Assembly: GCA_963708295.1 (NCBI GenBank)
Contig: CAVPSJ010000017.1
Coordinates: forward strand, 256,001-320,000
Reading direction: 5' to 3'
Origin: an uncultured delta proteobacterium
GTDB lineage: Bacteria > Desulfobacterota > BSN033 > UBA1163
DNA: 64,000 nucleotides
Positions 42,419-54,277 of this stretch are shown piece after piece. The notes under the pieces were generated by a model. The model made no database searches. It saw nothing but the letters and a program-made list of their open reading frames with translations, and was not told where the DNA came from. How positions within the stretch are numbered: the first letter of the stretch is position 1; every line of letters begins with the position of its first letter. A program made the position numbers and the translations under genes.

Positions 42419-44275
42419 CTACTTCGGAATTACAGGTACCTGCAGATAGGAGTCGTACTTGCCACCGGTGTAGATGATGTGCTCGCCCTTGTTGATCAGC
42501 CAGTCGTAGTAGAGCAACGGGTGATCCGCCACCGGGCAGTGGCCCTGGACGTACAGGCGCAGGCTCTCTCCCTTGCGGAACAGGGTGCTCGAAGGAAGAA
42601 TGGCGATCTCTACCGGCACGATTTCACCCGGCTTCAGCTTTTTCTCGCCCTGGACCTTCGGGACCGGCTGCCAGGGGGTGGACAACTTCTCGTCCAGCTC
42701 CCTCTGGGAGACCCTCATCTGGCCTCTGGCAACCATATCAGAGTGATGGCCGTTCATGCCGCGGAACTGGATTTCGTTGCCCTTCGCTATACGTTCCTTC
42801 CCGACTACCTCCTCGAGGGACCTGCAGGTCGGAGTGTCCGCATCACAGGGACCTGCGAACTTTTTGACCGCCACGAAGAGGTCCATGTCATCGGCATCCT
42901 TGGCCGATACCCACAGCTTGACCTTGATGTAGCCCGTTAGCTCGGTGTCCTCGTCAAACGTGATGCCAAAGGACGCATCGCCGCCCTGCGTTGAGTTGTA
43001 CACTGCCTTTGCGTCCTTTCCGGGTTTCGGAGTCAGGGAACCGTTTCGGGCATTCAGGTAGAGCTTCTTGTATTGCGTGCGGGCCAGGGGGAAATCGTTC
43101 TCAAGACGAACTTGATACTCATCCCGGGTCTCGCGGATCTCCATCCGGACCCGTGGTGTATCCTTCCATCCGTTTTCTATGCCTTTAAGATAATGATCGA
43201 AGAACTTCTTCTGGTACTCAAGACCATCCTCACTATAAAACCGATCCCATTTGCTGCCGCCGTGAGTATAAAGCCACTTTTCCTTGGAGGCGATCCTCCG
43301 AAAGACCTCGAAGGTGCCCCGGGTGTGAAGACCCTTATCCGACCAGCTGGCACAGATCAAGGCAGGAACGGTGATGAGATCGAGCCTCGGATTTCCCTGC
43401 ATCATCTTCTGATTTACAACGGGGTCCATCGCGGCGGCCCAGGCCTTTGCGGCCTGATCAGGAGGCATCTTCTCCACGGATTCCTTGAAAGGGCCGAGAC
43501 TTTGCGAGAAGTTTGTTTCAGGAATTCCCCCCCAAAACAAGATATCCCTGTAACGGTCTGATGCGCCTTCCCAAGGAATGATCGCCTTGAGGTGAGGCGG
43601 CGGTGGCTGATGGCTGGCCGCGTAATATTGGTTGGTGGCCAGCGCGGACACACCCACCATACCCACGTTGCCGTTGCTCCATTCCTGGACGGCGGCCCAT
43701 TCGATCAGGTGAAATAAGTCATCCCCGCCCTGGACAGGACTCGGCGGCTTTCCCTCAGACTTAAAGCCGCCCCTTTGATCGACGATTATGACCACGTAGT
43801 CGTTCGGTACCCAGAAGGCAGGATCAGGACCTTCCCAAGGCGTGAGCATGGATATTTTCATGTGGCCGAGATCAGCGCCATGCGCATGAACCCTGTACAT
43901 AAAAGGGGTATATGCGTTTGGAAGAGGGGAGCCATCAGGTTTATAACTGGGAGGAGTTTGATCCTTCCCGTAAGGTGTCATGGACAGGATGACGGGAAAC
44001 TTTCCGGATTTGTCGGGACGAAAGACGTTGCACGCCAACTTGACGCCGTCCGGCATGGTCACCATTACGTCTTTTTCGATCCGCAATCCGTCAGGGGTAG
44101 GGATGATTTGATAAGGAAGGAATCCGTCGGGGCTAGGGCGCGTTTCATAGGGATTACTGGTAGGGTGGTCAATGGCCGAGGAAACTGCTGACACGAACAC
44201 GAGGCAAGCAACAATCAGCATGGTAAGGGGAAATATCCTGGATTTCCTCCGGTTAGAATAAACGTTTTTGCTCAT
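42419..44275 (-). CDS. CocE/NonD-family hydrolase, secreted
   Basis: MPDGVKL, TPYGKD, WSNGNVGMVGVSA, IPWEG. Confidence 0.93.
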   Translation of the reverse strand: MSKNVYSNRRKSRIFPLTMLIVACLVFVSAVSSAIDHPTSNPYETRPSPDGFLPYQIIPTPDGLRIEKDVMVTMPDGVKLACNVFRPDKSGKFPVILSMTPYGKDQTPPSYKPDGSPLPNAYTPFMYRVHAHGADLGHMKISMLTPWEGPDPAFWVPNDYVVIIVDQRGGFKSEGKPPSPVQGGDDLFHLIEWAAVQEWSNGNVGMVGVSALATNQYYAASHQPPPPHLKAIIPWEGASDRYRDILFWGGIPETNFSQSLGPFKESVEKMPPDQAAKAWAAAMDPVVNQKMMQGNPRLDLITVPALICASWSDKGLHTRGTFEVFRRIASKEKWLYTHGGSKWDRFYSEDGLEYQKKFFDHYLKGIENGWKDTPRVRMEIRETRDEYQVRLENDFPLARTQYKKLYLNARNGSLTPKPGKDAKAVYNSTQGGDASFGITFDEDTELTGYIKVKLWVSAKDADDMDLFVAVKKFAGPCDADTPTCRSLEEVVGKERIAKGNEIQFRGMNGHHSDMVARGQMRVSQRELDEKLSTPWQPVPKVQGEKKLKPGEIVPVEIAILPSSTLFRKGESLRLYVQGHCPVADHPLLYYDWLINKGEHIIYTGGKYDSYLQVPVIPK

Positions 44276-44340
44276 TTAAATACCTCCTTTTTGATAAGAT
44301 TTGATAAGAATTCCCTTCAGGGGGAGCATTCTGTGTATAT

Positions 44341-44538
44341 GGGGTCGGATCTTTATCGTTTGCTTTGAGTATATTTAACGAAGGTTTCCTTCTGACCTCA
44401 GGCTTTTCCCTCGAGAATGAAGAAATATTTACACCGCCACCCTGTTGATTGCTGATTGAAATATATCTATTTTATGAACATTGGTCAATCGAAACTTTCA
44501 GAAACGAAGTGTCCAAGAAGTGGGCGGTTTGTGGCACC
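44341..44538 (-). repeat. Array repeat copy 20
   Basis: Full-length consensus match. Confidence 0.94.
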
Positions 44539-44750
44539 TGCAAGTCCTTATCTTTAGATCGAACACAAAACTGAGGGTTATTGGTTAAAATCTTGAATAG
44601 AGGATTGGCGAGTTATCAGCCCATAGGAGAATGGATTAGGCAATGGGGGCCTGGATAGAAGTGAGGGGGGTTGGGACATGCGATGTCATGGCCGCAAGCC
44701 AATCGAGAGCATCACTCTCTCGTCGTTTCAAAGGCATTTACTCGCATCGC

Positions 44751-45437
44751 TCAGCTAATGAGCACTGCAAGGATCTTCGCAGGCTTACCTCCGTGAGCTT
44801 TCACCAAATGCATGCTCGTTGAATCGTAGTAGACAGAGTCTCCGGGTTTCAGGATGTCTCTGGTGTCCTCTATGACGACTTCCATTTCGCCATCCAGGAC
44901 GTAGATGAACTCCTGCCCGTCGTGCGAAGAAGGCTCATCGGCTCCGGAGGAATGGAGCGTAACAATGAATGGCTCCATCGCCCGATCTTTCTTTCCGGCA
45001 GCCAGGGATTCGTATTCGTATCCGCAGCTGGCCTCCCTGGCTTTTCCGAATCGAGAAAAACTCAGACGCTGATCCGATCTCACGATGGTAAACGACTCTT
45101 TGCCTGTAGATATGACATCCGCCATCCGAAGAGAAAGGGCCTTGCTGAGTTTAATTAGCTGCCCCAGAGGCAGCATGAACTCACCGACTTCAACTCGGGC
45201 CAGCGCGTCTCGCGAAATGCCGGTTCTTGCGGCCAACTCGTCAAGGGAAAACCCGCGCTTTTCCCGGGCTGCGCGGAGCATATCCCCGTGGCTCACCGCC
45301 TTTTCGCGTTCCGCTTTTTCGCTGGCCTTTGCGATAGCGGCAGGGTCAGTGAGAAAGTCGGGTCCCTTGTCTTCGCCGCAGTCTGACGCTGTCTCTTGAA
45401 ACTCTTCGTAAGACATCGCGTTTTTTTTCTCATCCAT
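44751..45437 (-). CDS. XRE-family HTH plus cupin regulator
   Basis: LR.ARE.RG.SL.ELA HTH; MEPF, H.GQEFIYVL.G, GDS.YYDS..H. Confidence 0.92.
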   Translation of the reverse strand: MDEKKNAMSYEEFQETASDCGEDKGPDFLTDPAAIAKASEKAEREKAVSHGDMLRAAREKRGFSLDELAARTGISRDALARVEVGEFMLPLGQLIKLSKALSLRMADVISTGKESFTIVRSDQRLSFSRFGKAREASCGYEYESLAAGKKDRAMEPFIVTLHSSGADEPSSHDGQEFIYVLDGEMEVVIEDTRDILKPGDSVYYDSTSMHLVKAHGGKPAKILAVLIS

Positions 45438-45515
45438 GTTTGATCCTTTCAGCCGCTGTGTATGGCACGCTGTCTCCTGGCGCAGTCCTACATGGATCTG
45501 CCGGCAAATGGCTCT

Positions 45516-45705
45516 GGGGTCGAATCGTTATCCTTGACTTTGCCTATATTTCGAAAAAGTTTCCTTCAGGTTTTTTCCTCGAGAATGAAGAAATGTTTAC
45601 ACCGCCACCCTGTTGATTCCTGATTGGAATATATCTATTTTATGAAAATTGGTCAACCGAAACTTTCGGAAAGAGAGACTCAAGGAAGTGGGCTGTTTGT
45701 TACAC
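45516..45705 (-). repeat. Array repeat copy 21
   Basis: Full-length match with a short internal deletion. Confidence 0.95.
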
Positions 45706-46055
45706 TCCACAAGGAGTGGGGATCGGTCTGCACTAAGGGTTGATGATTTCATTAGAAATCTGGAATAGCGATGTGGATTCCCAACTTGTTAACTTCAGCA
45801 AGAAGTCACCAAGACGCCTGACAGTCCGTAGGGTTGAACATAAGTCTTTCCAGAATAATCCCGAGACAGGGTCATTCTACGGCTCGTTCCTGGACTTCTC
45901 CGGTTTCGCGGAATAGTTCGTCCCGCTCACAATAATCAACTTGGCTCAATAGATTCCCAACCTTTACGGAGATCAGGGGGTGATACCCTAATTATAAAGT
46001 TCTCCCAAACTCCTAGACCTGACACTAGACCCACTACCGAGGTGAAGCCAAGTCC

Positions 46056-46559
46056 TTATGCCTCCCGCATCTTCATCTTCCAGGTAAACGTAAAACGGGC
46101 AACCTCCTCTCCCGCCTTTGAATATCCAACCGTTTTGCACAATACCTCCTGAGGTTCGCCCGTGTTTATCGCCTTTCTTACCGTTTCGGCTATGCGCTTT
46201 CCGTCATTACAGACAAACGTCGTAAGACCCCTGGCTTTGGCGACGAACTCTGCGGAACAATCACCCACAATGATGGAAACAGAAGGGTGGAGCTGATAGG
46301 TGTACATCTTAACCAATGCGCCGGTGCTCATCTCCGCCGCCATACCCAATACGGCCCAGAACGTCGACTTAAAAGGGTTTTTGTTGAGCCATCTATATGG
46401 AACGGAGACTTTACACGATTCTTCACTTAGTTCTCTGAGTCTCATTCCTATCATGAAGTTTATAGGTACCTGGAAAAGCAGCACGATCTTGAAGAGCACG
46501 CGGTTGTTCAAGATCCGCCGAACAAACTTTAATTTCTTCTCATCAAATTGAAAATCCAT
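46056..46559 (-). CDS. DUF4442/hotdog-fold thioesterase-like protein
   Basis: PYRWLNKNPFKST.WA...MAAE.STG..F..KA.G. Confidence 0.8.
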   Translation of the reverse strand: MDFQFDEKKLKFVRRILNNRVLFKIVLLFQVPINFMIGMRLRELSEESCKVSVPYRWLNKNPFKSTFWAVLGMAAEMSTGALVKMYTYQLHPSVSIIVGDCSAEFVAKARGLTTFVCNDGKRIAETVRKAINTGEPQEVLCKTVGYSKAGEEVARFTFTWKMKMREA

Positions 46560-46596
46560 GCCCTTCCTTGCATAGGTTCTTGTATCGGGGGTTCTG

Positions 46597-46822
46597 GGGG
46601 TCAAACTCTTATCCTTGGCCGGAATGTGCCCCGTCCCGCCAAAGCGGGGTCGAGGGGCACAATATGAAAGAAACTTCCTCTCCGGGAAGCCCCGCCCTGT
46701 GGGCGGGGAGCTTCACTTTGCCTATATTTCACGAAAGTGTCCTTCCGATCCCAGGCTTTTTTGCCTGAAAACGAAAAAATATCTGCGCCACCCCCCTGCG
46801 GATTCCTGATTGGAATATACAC
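46597..46822 (-). repeat. Array repeat copy 22, interrupted by a 97-bp element
   Basis: ATCCTTG|insert|ACTTTGCCTATATTTCACG restores the consensus exactly. Confidence 0.93.
46618..46714 (+). mobile_element. IS200/IS605-like miniature (PATE-type) element, copy B
   Basis: Clean insertion with no target duplication; subterminal hairpin CCCCGCCC-TGT-GGGCGGGG followed by AGCTTC. Confidence 0.75.
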
Positions 46823-47353
46823 TTCGAACAGGCGAAACAGGGGATTGAAGGGGCGATCGTGGTCGCCTCCCGTTTCGCAACTCTCTTTAGTTTTGTCTCA
46901 GACCATTTTACCGGAGGAGATTTTGGAACCAATCCCCTCGAATTGATCTTGTATCCCGGCAAGATGGAAGTTGCCTACTTTACAAGCTCTTCATTAAACA
47001 GAACGATGAAATTTGGGGTCTATCTTCCTCCCGGATACTCGAAAAGCAGAACAGATTATTATCCTGTCCTCTATCTCGTCTTAGGTTACAATATGTCCGT
47101 CGATGGCATGACCAATTCTTGGATGAAATCAGTTCTTGATGGTCTCATCCTAACCGATGAGATGCAGAAGGTGATTATTGTCATCCCGGATGGATTAAAT
47201 TACAAGAATCAAAGGGAGCAGTTCTTCGTCAACCAGATCGACCGAGAACGAGGGGACAAATTCAGAGGACTATTTCTTCGACCTGGTCACTTTTATCGAC
47301 ACCTACTACAAAACGAAATAGACCTTAAATCGGGGCATCTACCTTCTCATTGA
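46823..47353 (+). pseudogene. Fragment of a putative esterase (alpha/beta hydrolase)
   Basis: F.S..L.R....VYLPPGY....YPVLY..G..IIVIPDG; no nucleophile motif and no proper start. Confidence 0.7.
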
Positions 47354-47595
47354 AGGGCCCTCGTTAAAGATGGCACTGGGGTCGAAGCTCTACGATGTCT
47401 TTTTTGGATACCCCACCGACAGTGCCAGGATGATCTTCTGATCGGGCCGCACTTTCATGACTTTTGAGAGAGCCGGAATGTCGATGAATGCCAGAACGAT
47501 AGTCGCCAATCCCTCTGAAACGCAGGAGAGGTACACATTCTCTGAGATGGATCCCGCAAGGGAACCCGAGCCCTGCTGCGTTGACGGGAAGAACC

Positions 47596-48120
47596 CTACT
47601 TGACGATCGCAGCGCCCGCCTTGGCCACCACTTCGTCCTGCGAACCGGTGCCGCCGGAGCAGCCGATGGCACCGATCATCTTGCCGCCTTCCACCAGCGG
47701 AATGCCGCCGCGCGAAGCGATGGCATCATCCAGCGTTGGGATGTAGTAGAAGTTGTTGAGCTGCATCCCGTTCTCGAAGATCTTGGTCTCGCGGCGGAAC
47801 TTGGCGGCGGCGCGGGCCTTGTGCTCGGCGATCGAAATCGAAGCAAGCTGGGCCCCGTCCATGCGCTTGAACGACACGAGGTTGGCTCCGGAGTCCACCA
47901 CGGCGCAGACCAGCTTCCAGTCGTGCTTCTTGGCCTCGGCCACGGCTGCAGCAAGCACCGCGTCAGCGCGCTCAAGCGAGATCGGCGCGCCGTACGGTAC
48001 ATCGAACGGCATCTTTTCCGGGACGGTATCAAGCGGATTGGGCTGTTGTGCGCGGGTCACGCCGGCAATAAGTAAAGTAGCGCAGAGTGATGCAATGATT
48101 AAAACGGATTTCAGCGACAT
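47596..48120 (-). CDS. GlcG/HbpS (DUF336) heme-binding protein
   Basis: AVVD.G..L..F.RMDGA..S..IA..KA..A, GGIPL..IGAIGCSG. Confidence 0.92.
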   Translation of the reverse strand: MSLKSVLIIASLCATLLIAGVTRAQQPNPLDTVPEKMPFDVPYGAPISLERADAVLAAAVAEAKKHDWKLVCAVVDSGANLVSFKRMDGAQLASISIAEHKARAAAKFRRETKIFENGMQLNNFYYIPTLDDAIASRGGIPLVEGGKMIGAIGCSGGTGSQDEVVAKAGAAIVK

Positions 48121-48357
48121 GGTGAATTTCCTCCTTTCGTTGACTGCAAAATGAAGGTGAAACTGGAAATTGAAATTCCATCGGGCTTACGAATTCCGCT
48201 TGGCCACGCTCAGTCCTGCCATGGCGACCTATCCGCCCATGACAAGAACTCGCTTTTTTCATTTCTCAAATATTGTACATAGGGTGGATCTTCTTATCAA
48301 GACAATTCTCTTGTGAGGAAAACTTCACAGAATGCACAAGAAAAAACCTAGTGCTCT

Positions 48358-48475
48358 GGGGTCAAAGCTTTATCCTTGACTTACCTCTATTTCACGAAAG
48401 TTTCTTTGTGACCCAGGCTTTCTTTCTGAGGACAAAAAAATACCTTCACCGCCACCCTGCGGATTCCTGACTGAA
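48358..48475 (-). repeat. Array repeat copy 23 (right-truncated)
   Basis: GGGGTCAAAGCTTTATCCTTGAC..CCGCCACCCTGCGGATTCCTGA. Confidence 0.9.
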
Positions 48476-48499
48476 CATCACTTCATACATCCCGTTCAA

Positions 48500-49228
48500 T
48501 TAAAGATATTCGATCCCACCTCTCAACGGAGCCGACGGGGCAAGGAATTTGAACAGCCCCGATAATAAGAAGGGGTCACTTTGATTTCCGATATCATCCT
48601 TTGAAGTAATTCCGATATAGTAGGTGCCCGATTCTGTTGGAAACTGAGGCCACTCATCCGGGACGACCAACTCCGTCTTTCCAATGACCGGTTTTGAAAT
48701 TATCCCCGGTGTTCTCTCCCACGAAAAGCTGGCAGGTTCAAAAAAGGTTCTGTCGTTGCTAACATACACTACGTAGCTGCTTGCTCCGGGAACGGGTTCC
48801 CACCAAATTTTTCGTTTAAGAATCAATGGCGCAATTTTCTCTCCCCTCGTCCACGGATATGCTTCTGTTGAATCATTCGCATGAAACCCTTTTTCTAATA
48901 AAATTGGTTTGACCGATGCGGCGATCTCTCCGGTTGCGATTGAACCTTTTGAAAGGAGATCGTCGGCTTGGCCTTGGGTTGCTACCTCTTGAGTTTCTTT
49001 TAAATCACAAACCCCCCTGTCCTGATCCTTCGAATTTTGTTTGCTTCTCAACCGCTCCTCAATCCGTCGCCAAACATCTTCCCCGTTGTTGCCCGGATTG
49101 TTTCGAAAGAAATCATCCCACGCCAGGATCATTTCCTCTCTCATTTGTTGCTTTACATACAAAAATGCAGCCTCTCGTTTCAATGAGGCGTTCTCCATGT
49201 CTATTCCCACTTTTGCTTTATGGTCCAT
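48500..49228 (-). CDS. Hypothetical protein with C-terminal FN3-like domain
   Basis: WEPVPGASSYVVY..YYIGITS.D..GN.S pattern. Confidence 0.6.
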   Translation of the reverse strand: MDHKAKVGIDMENASLKREAAFLYVKQQMREEMILAWDDFFRNNPGNNGEDVWRRIEERLRSKQNSKDQDRGVCDLKETQEVATQGQADDLLSKGSIATGEIAASVKPILLEKGFHANDSTEAYPWTRGEKIAPLILKRKIWWEPVPGASSYVVYVSNDRTFFEPASFSWERTPGIISKPVIGKTELVVPDEWPQFPTESGTYYIGITSKDDIGNQSDPFLLSGLFKFLAPSAPLRGGIEYL

Positions 49229-49475
49229 CGAAGAACTCTCCGATATACAAGTTAACGATCAATGAATAATCATGACGTACTGTTGGGAGATTTCCAAACA
49301 AACTTCAGCAGCGGAAAACCTTCAAGCCGGACAGGAATTTGAAATCGCGACAGGAACTAAAATCTGAAGAAGAATTCTACGCCACGGAGAGAATCTTAAA
49401 GGTCTTTCTCCGTCCGCCGCCTCCTCGTTTTCCTCTTTTTTGAAGGATCATTGACCTTTTATCTTCCAACATTAC

Positions 49476-49946
49476 CTAGGGTCGGCAAGACTCTGGCCTA
49501 ATCAGGAGCACAGGGATATGGGATTGATGGAGAACACCGAATGCCACGCTGCCCAACATCAGCTTTTTCAGTCCGGTATAACCGTGGGTCCCGATGATGA
49601 TCATATCCATACCTTTTTTCTGAGCGTACTCAGTGATCGTATCGGCAGGGCGGTTACCCTCCAGCGACTCCGTTTTTACCTTCATCCCCTCGGATCTGAG
49701 CCGGGATTCAATATCCGCAAGATACTTCCTTGATGCAATGAAGAGCGGTTTCCTGATCGCTTCGAGATCAATGCCTCTGGTGGGAATGTCATCGGACCCC
49801 ATTCTGGCCCATGGCAGATCAACTTTGACTACATTGAGAAGGGTTATTTCTCCCACGGAACCATCTTTAGAAAGGTTCTTGACATGAGACAACGTACACT
49901 CGGCTAACGGTGAACCATCCAGTGGAACTAAGACTTTTCCATACAT
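49476..49946 (-). CDS. Universal stress protein
   Basis: KVLVPLDGS..IIGTHG.TG..LGSVA..V. Confidence 0.95.
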   Translation of the reverse strand: MYGKVLVPLDGSPLAECTLSHVKNLSKDGSVGEITLLNVVKVDLPWARMGSDDIPTRGIDLEAIRKPLFIASRKYLADIESRLRSEGMKVKTESLEGNRPADTITEYAQKKGMDMIIIGTHGYTGLKKLMLGSVAFGVLHQSHIPVLLIRPESCRP

Positions 49947-50084
49947 ATCTCTACCTCCTTTTCAAAATTTTCACTTGTTTTTGCTTCTGTACTAAAAGGG
50001 ATATAACAATGACTGAATATGATGTGCATATTTACCAAAAATAGTCAATCGAGAAGTTCAGGAACCAATAGGGTAGGTGGTTCT

Positions 50085-50284
50085 GGGATCGAATCATTAT
50101 CCTTGACTTCGTCTATGTTTCACGAACGTGTCCTTCTGACCCCAGGTTTTTTTCTCTGAAAACGAAAAAATATCTACGCAGCCACCCTGTGGATCCCTGA
50201 ATCGAATATATCTATTTTATGAAAGTCGGTCAACCGAAACTTTCAGAAAGAACACGCTAAGAAAGGGGGCTGTTTGTTAACGCC
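50085..50284 (-). repeat. Array repeat copy 24
   Basis: Full-length consensus match. Confidence 0.95.
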
Positions 50285-50392
50285 TACAAGTCTTTGCTCA
50301 AGGTCCGAAGATGACGAGCTGAAAGTGAGGATAGGGTCCGGGTTGAGTGGACGCAAACCCGCAATTCAATTCTTGAAACGGTGTCCGGCGGG

Positions 50393-52346
<1,954 letters not shown>

Positions 52347-52542
52347 ACACCTTATCCTTTCCGACAGATTTTGCCTTGAACGCCATAGCATAGCCGCACT
52401 GTTTATTTGTCATTCATAATATAACTTTTATTTTAAAACTAGGGAAGTGAATGTTTCAAGGAAGGAGTGCTCAGGCAAGGGGTTGCGGACTTTTGGGCAA
52501 TCCGCCCCATCGGAATCAAGTATTCCGGGATGGACTTTGGGG

Positions 52543-53307
52543 TCAGTCCCGCTCATGATCTTTGTTGACAATGCTCCATTCCCTCTTTGGCCATTTTAAG
52601 AGAGGTACGAGCATCGGCACTCTCTTCTGGTATTCCCGATAGGCATCACCGAATTCGACGATGAGGTCGATTTCTTCGAAGTATGAGCCGATCACGATCC
52701 AGACCGTCCACAGAAGGTTGAACAGTAGCCTGTCCCTTGTCAGATCCGGGCAAGACCAGATCATTAGTATCATGAAAAGGTAAAGCGGGTGGCGTACCCA
52801 GCGGTAAGGTCCTGCGACTGTAATAGGCATTGGCGTCGGATTCCTGCCTCGCAAACGATTCAAGATTGGTCTCAGGCCGAAGGGGTCGAAGAACCGCAGT
52901 GCTTTAACACCCCAATAAAACCCGAGAAGGGAAAGGAAAGAGACTGCGCGGAGCGACCAGCGAAGGAGACCGGATGGTGTAATGACTGTCTGAGTCGACG
53001 TCTGCCACAGCAGAATCACTAACAACAACACGATTCCTGAGGCAATCGCATAAATGGCGCCGGCATATTCTTCCGGAATGAAGCGTGCCAACCAGCGGCG
53101 GAACGGCTTTCGGATCATCCCGCTGTGTTGAATGAAAAACAAGAGGGAGAGACCGGCATCAAGCCATAAGATCCCACTTTCATCCAGATGCATGTCCAAG
53201 AGATTTAAAGACCCCACAAATAGAAAGATCATAAATACGAGTAGCGACATTCCACCCAAAATTCGAGCCAGACCAATGATTATGTACGCTGTATATTTAC
53301 TCATCAT
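52543..53307 (-). CDS. Isoprenylcysteine carboxyl methyltransferase / NnrU family membrane protein (MddA-like)
   Basis: QHS.M.R..F, GPYRWVRHPLY, EE.DL...FG..Y..Y...VPM. Confidence 0.82.
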   Translation of the reverse strand: MMSKYTAYIIIGLARILGGMSLLVFMIFLFVGSLNLLDMHLDESGILWLDAGLSLLFFIQHSGMIRKPFRRWLARFIPEEYAGAIYAIASGIVLLLVILLWQTSTQTVITPSGLLRWSLRAVSFLSLLGFYWGVKALRFFDPFGLRPILNRLRGRNPTPMPITVAGPYRWVRHPLYLFMILMIWSCPDLTRDRLLFNLLWTVWIVIGSYFEEIDLIVEFGDAYREYQKRVPMLVPLLKWPKREWSIVNKDHERD

Positions 53308-53650
53308 CCTCTTCCTGTGAAATCCACTCCTACTACCAAAGTGTAATGATCGGTCTGTGCTAAGAGGTATTGATTTTGCTTGAGATAATAGCGGCAAAAT
53401 CCAGATAAACATATCTGTCGAGGACACGAATGCCCCTCGGAAGTGTTTTCTTTCCTCCTGCCGTCAATCTTACGAAAGGCAACTTTTGAATTGTATTGCC
53501 GTGCGAAAGTCTATTTTTCCTTCTTGCTCTTCCGCTTCATGTCCAGGCTGTGTGCACGTTTATAAGTCTGAATGTCCTTGAAACGACCTTTGCTGTCCCT
53601 TACGGCATAGAGCTTCGTTCCCGATACACTGCGGTGCGTTGTACGACGTG

Positions 53651-53884
53651 CCTACATCGCCACCCGGTTGATTTCTGATTTGAATATACAAATTCTATGA
53701 AGATTGGTCAACCGAAACTTTCAGAAAGAAAAAGTCAACCCTTCGACTCCGTGGCCTGGAGGTCGGTGCTCTTGTTCGACCCAATCTCAGCCGACGGGCT
53801 CAGGGTTGACTGAACGGCGCTTCGTACCTTCACCGGTGCTTGGCGCCGCCGAACGGGTCAAAAAGGGGAGCTGGTTGTTTAACC
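53651..53884 (-). repeat. Array repeat copy 25 (left-truncated, interrupted)
   Basis: CGCCACCC..TTGGTCAACCGAAACTTTCAGAAAG..GTCAA|insert|..GCTGGTTGTT. Confidence 0.88.
53739..53861. mobile_element. 123-bp palindromic insertion flanked by GTCAA direct repeats
   Basis: GTCAA at 53734 and 53857; inverted repeat GTCAACCCT/AGGGTTGAC; REP-like CCCTTCGACTCCG..CTCAGGG arms. Confidence 0.6.
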
Positions 53885-54277
53885 TGCAAGTCCTCACTGA
53901 AAGATAATCTTGCAAGTTTGACCATCACGAATAGAAAGCAAGCAGAGGGAGCGAAATAAAAATGTTACCTTTTTGGAAGGGTAACTTCGACACAGAGGAG
54001 GGCGAGGATAAAAAAAGCATACAAGCTTTTTTCCATTGGCCAGCGAGGCGGGGGGGGGTAGTGAAGTGAAAGTCACAGGAAGGAACCACACATTTGGTAA
54101 ACCTGGGGACGGCCCTTACATTCTGGTTCAATAACGAAATGAGACACACACTCACTCTCGTCCGAAGGAGGAGTCTCAACGCAGAGACGCAAAGGACGCG
54201 GAGGAACTGATTTTAGCCACCCTGAACGAAAGCTCCAGGGAAGTAGTTCAATGGGCGTATTTCCCCGGAGCTGGTTT

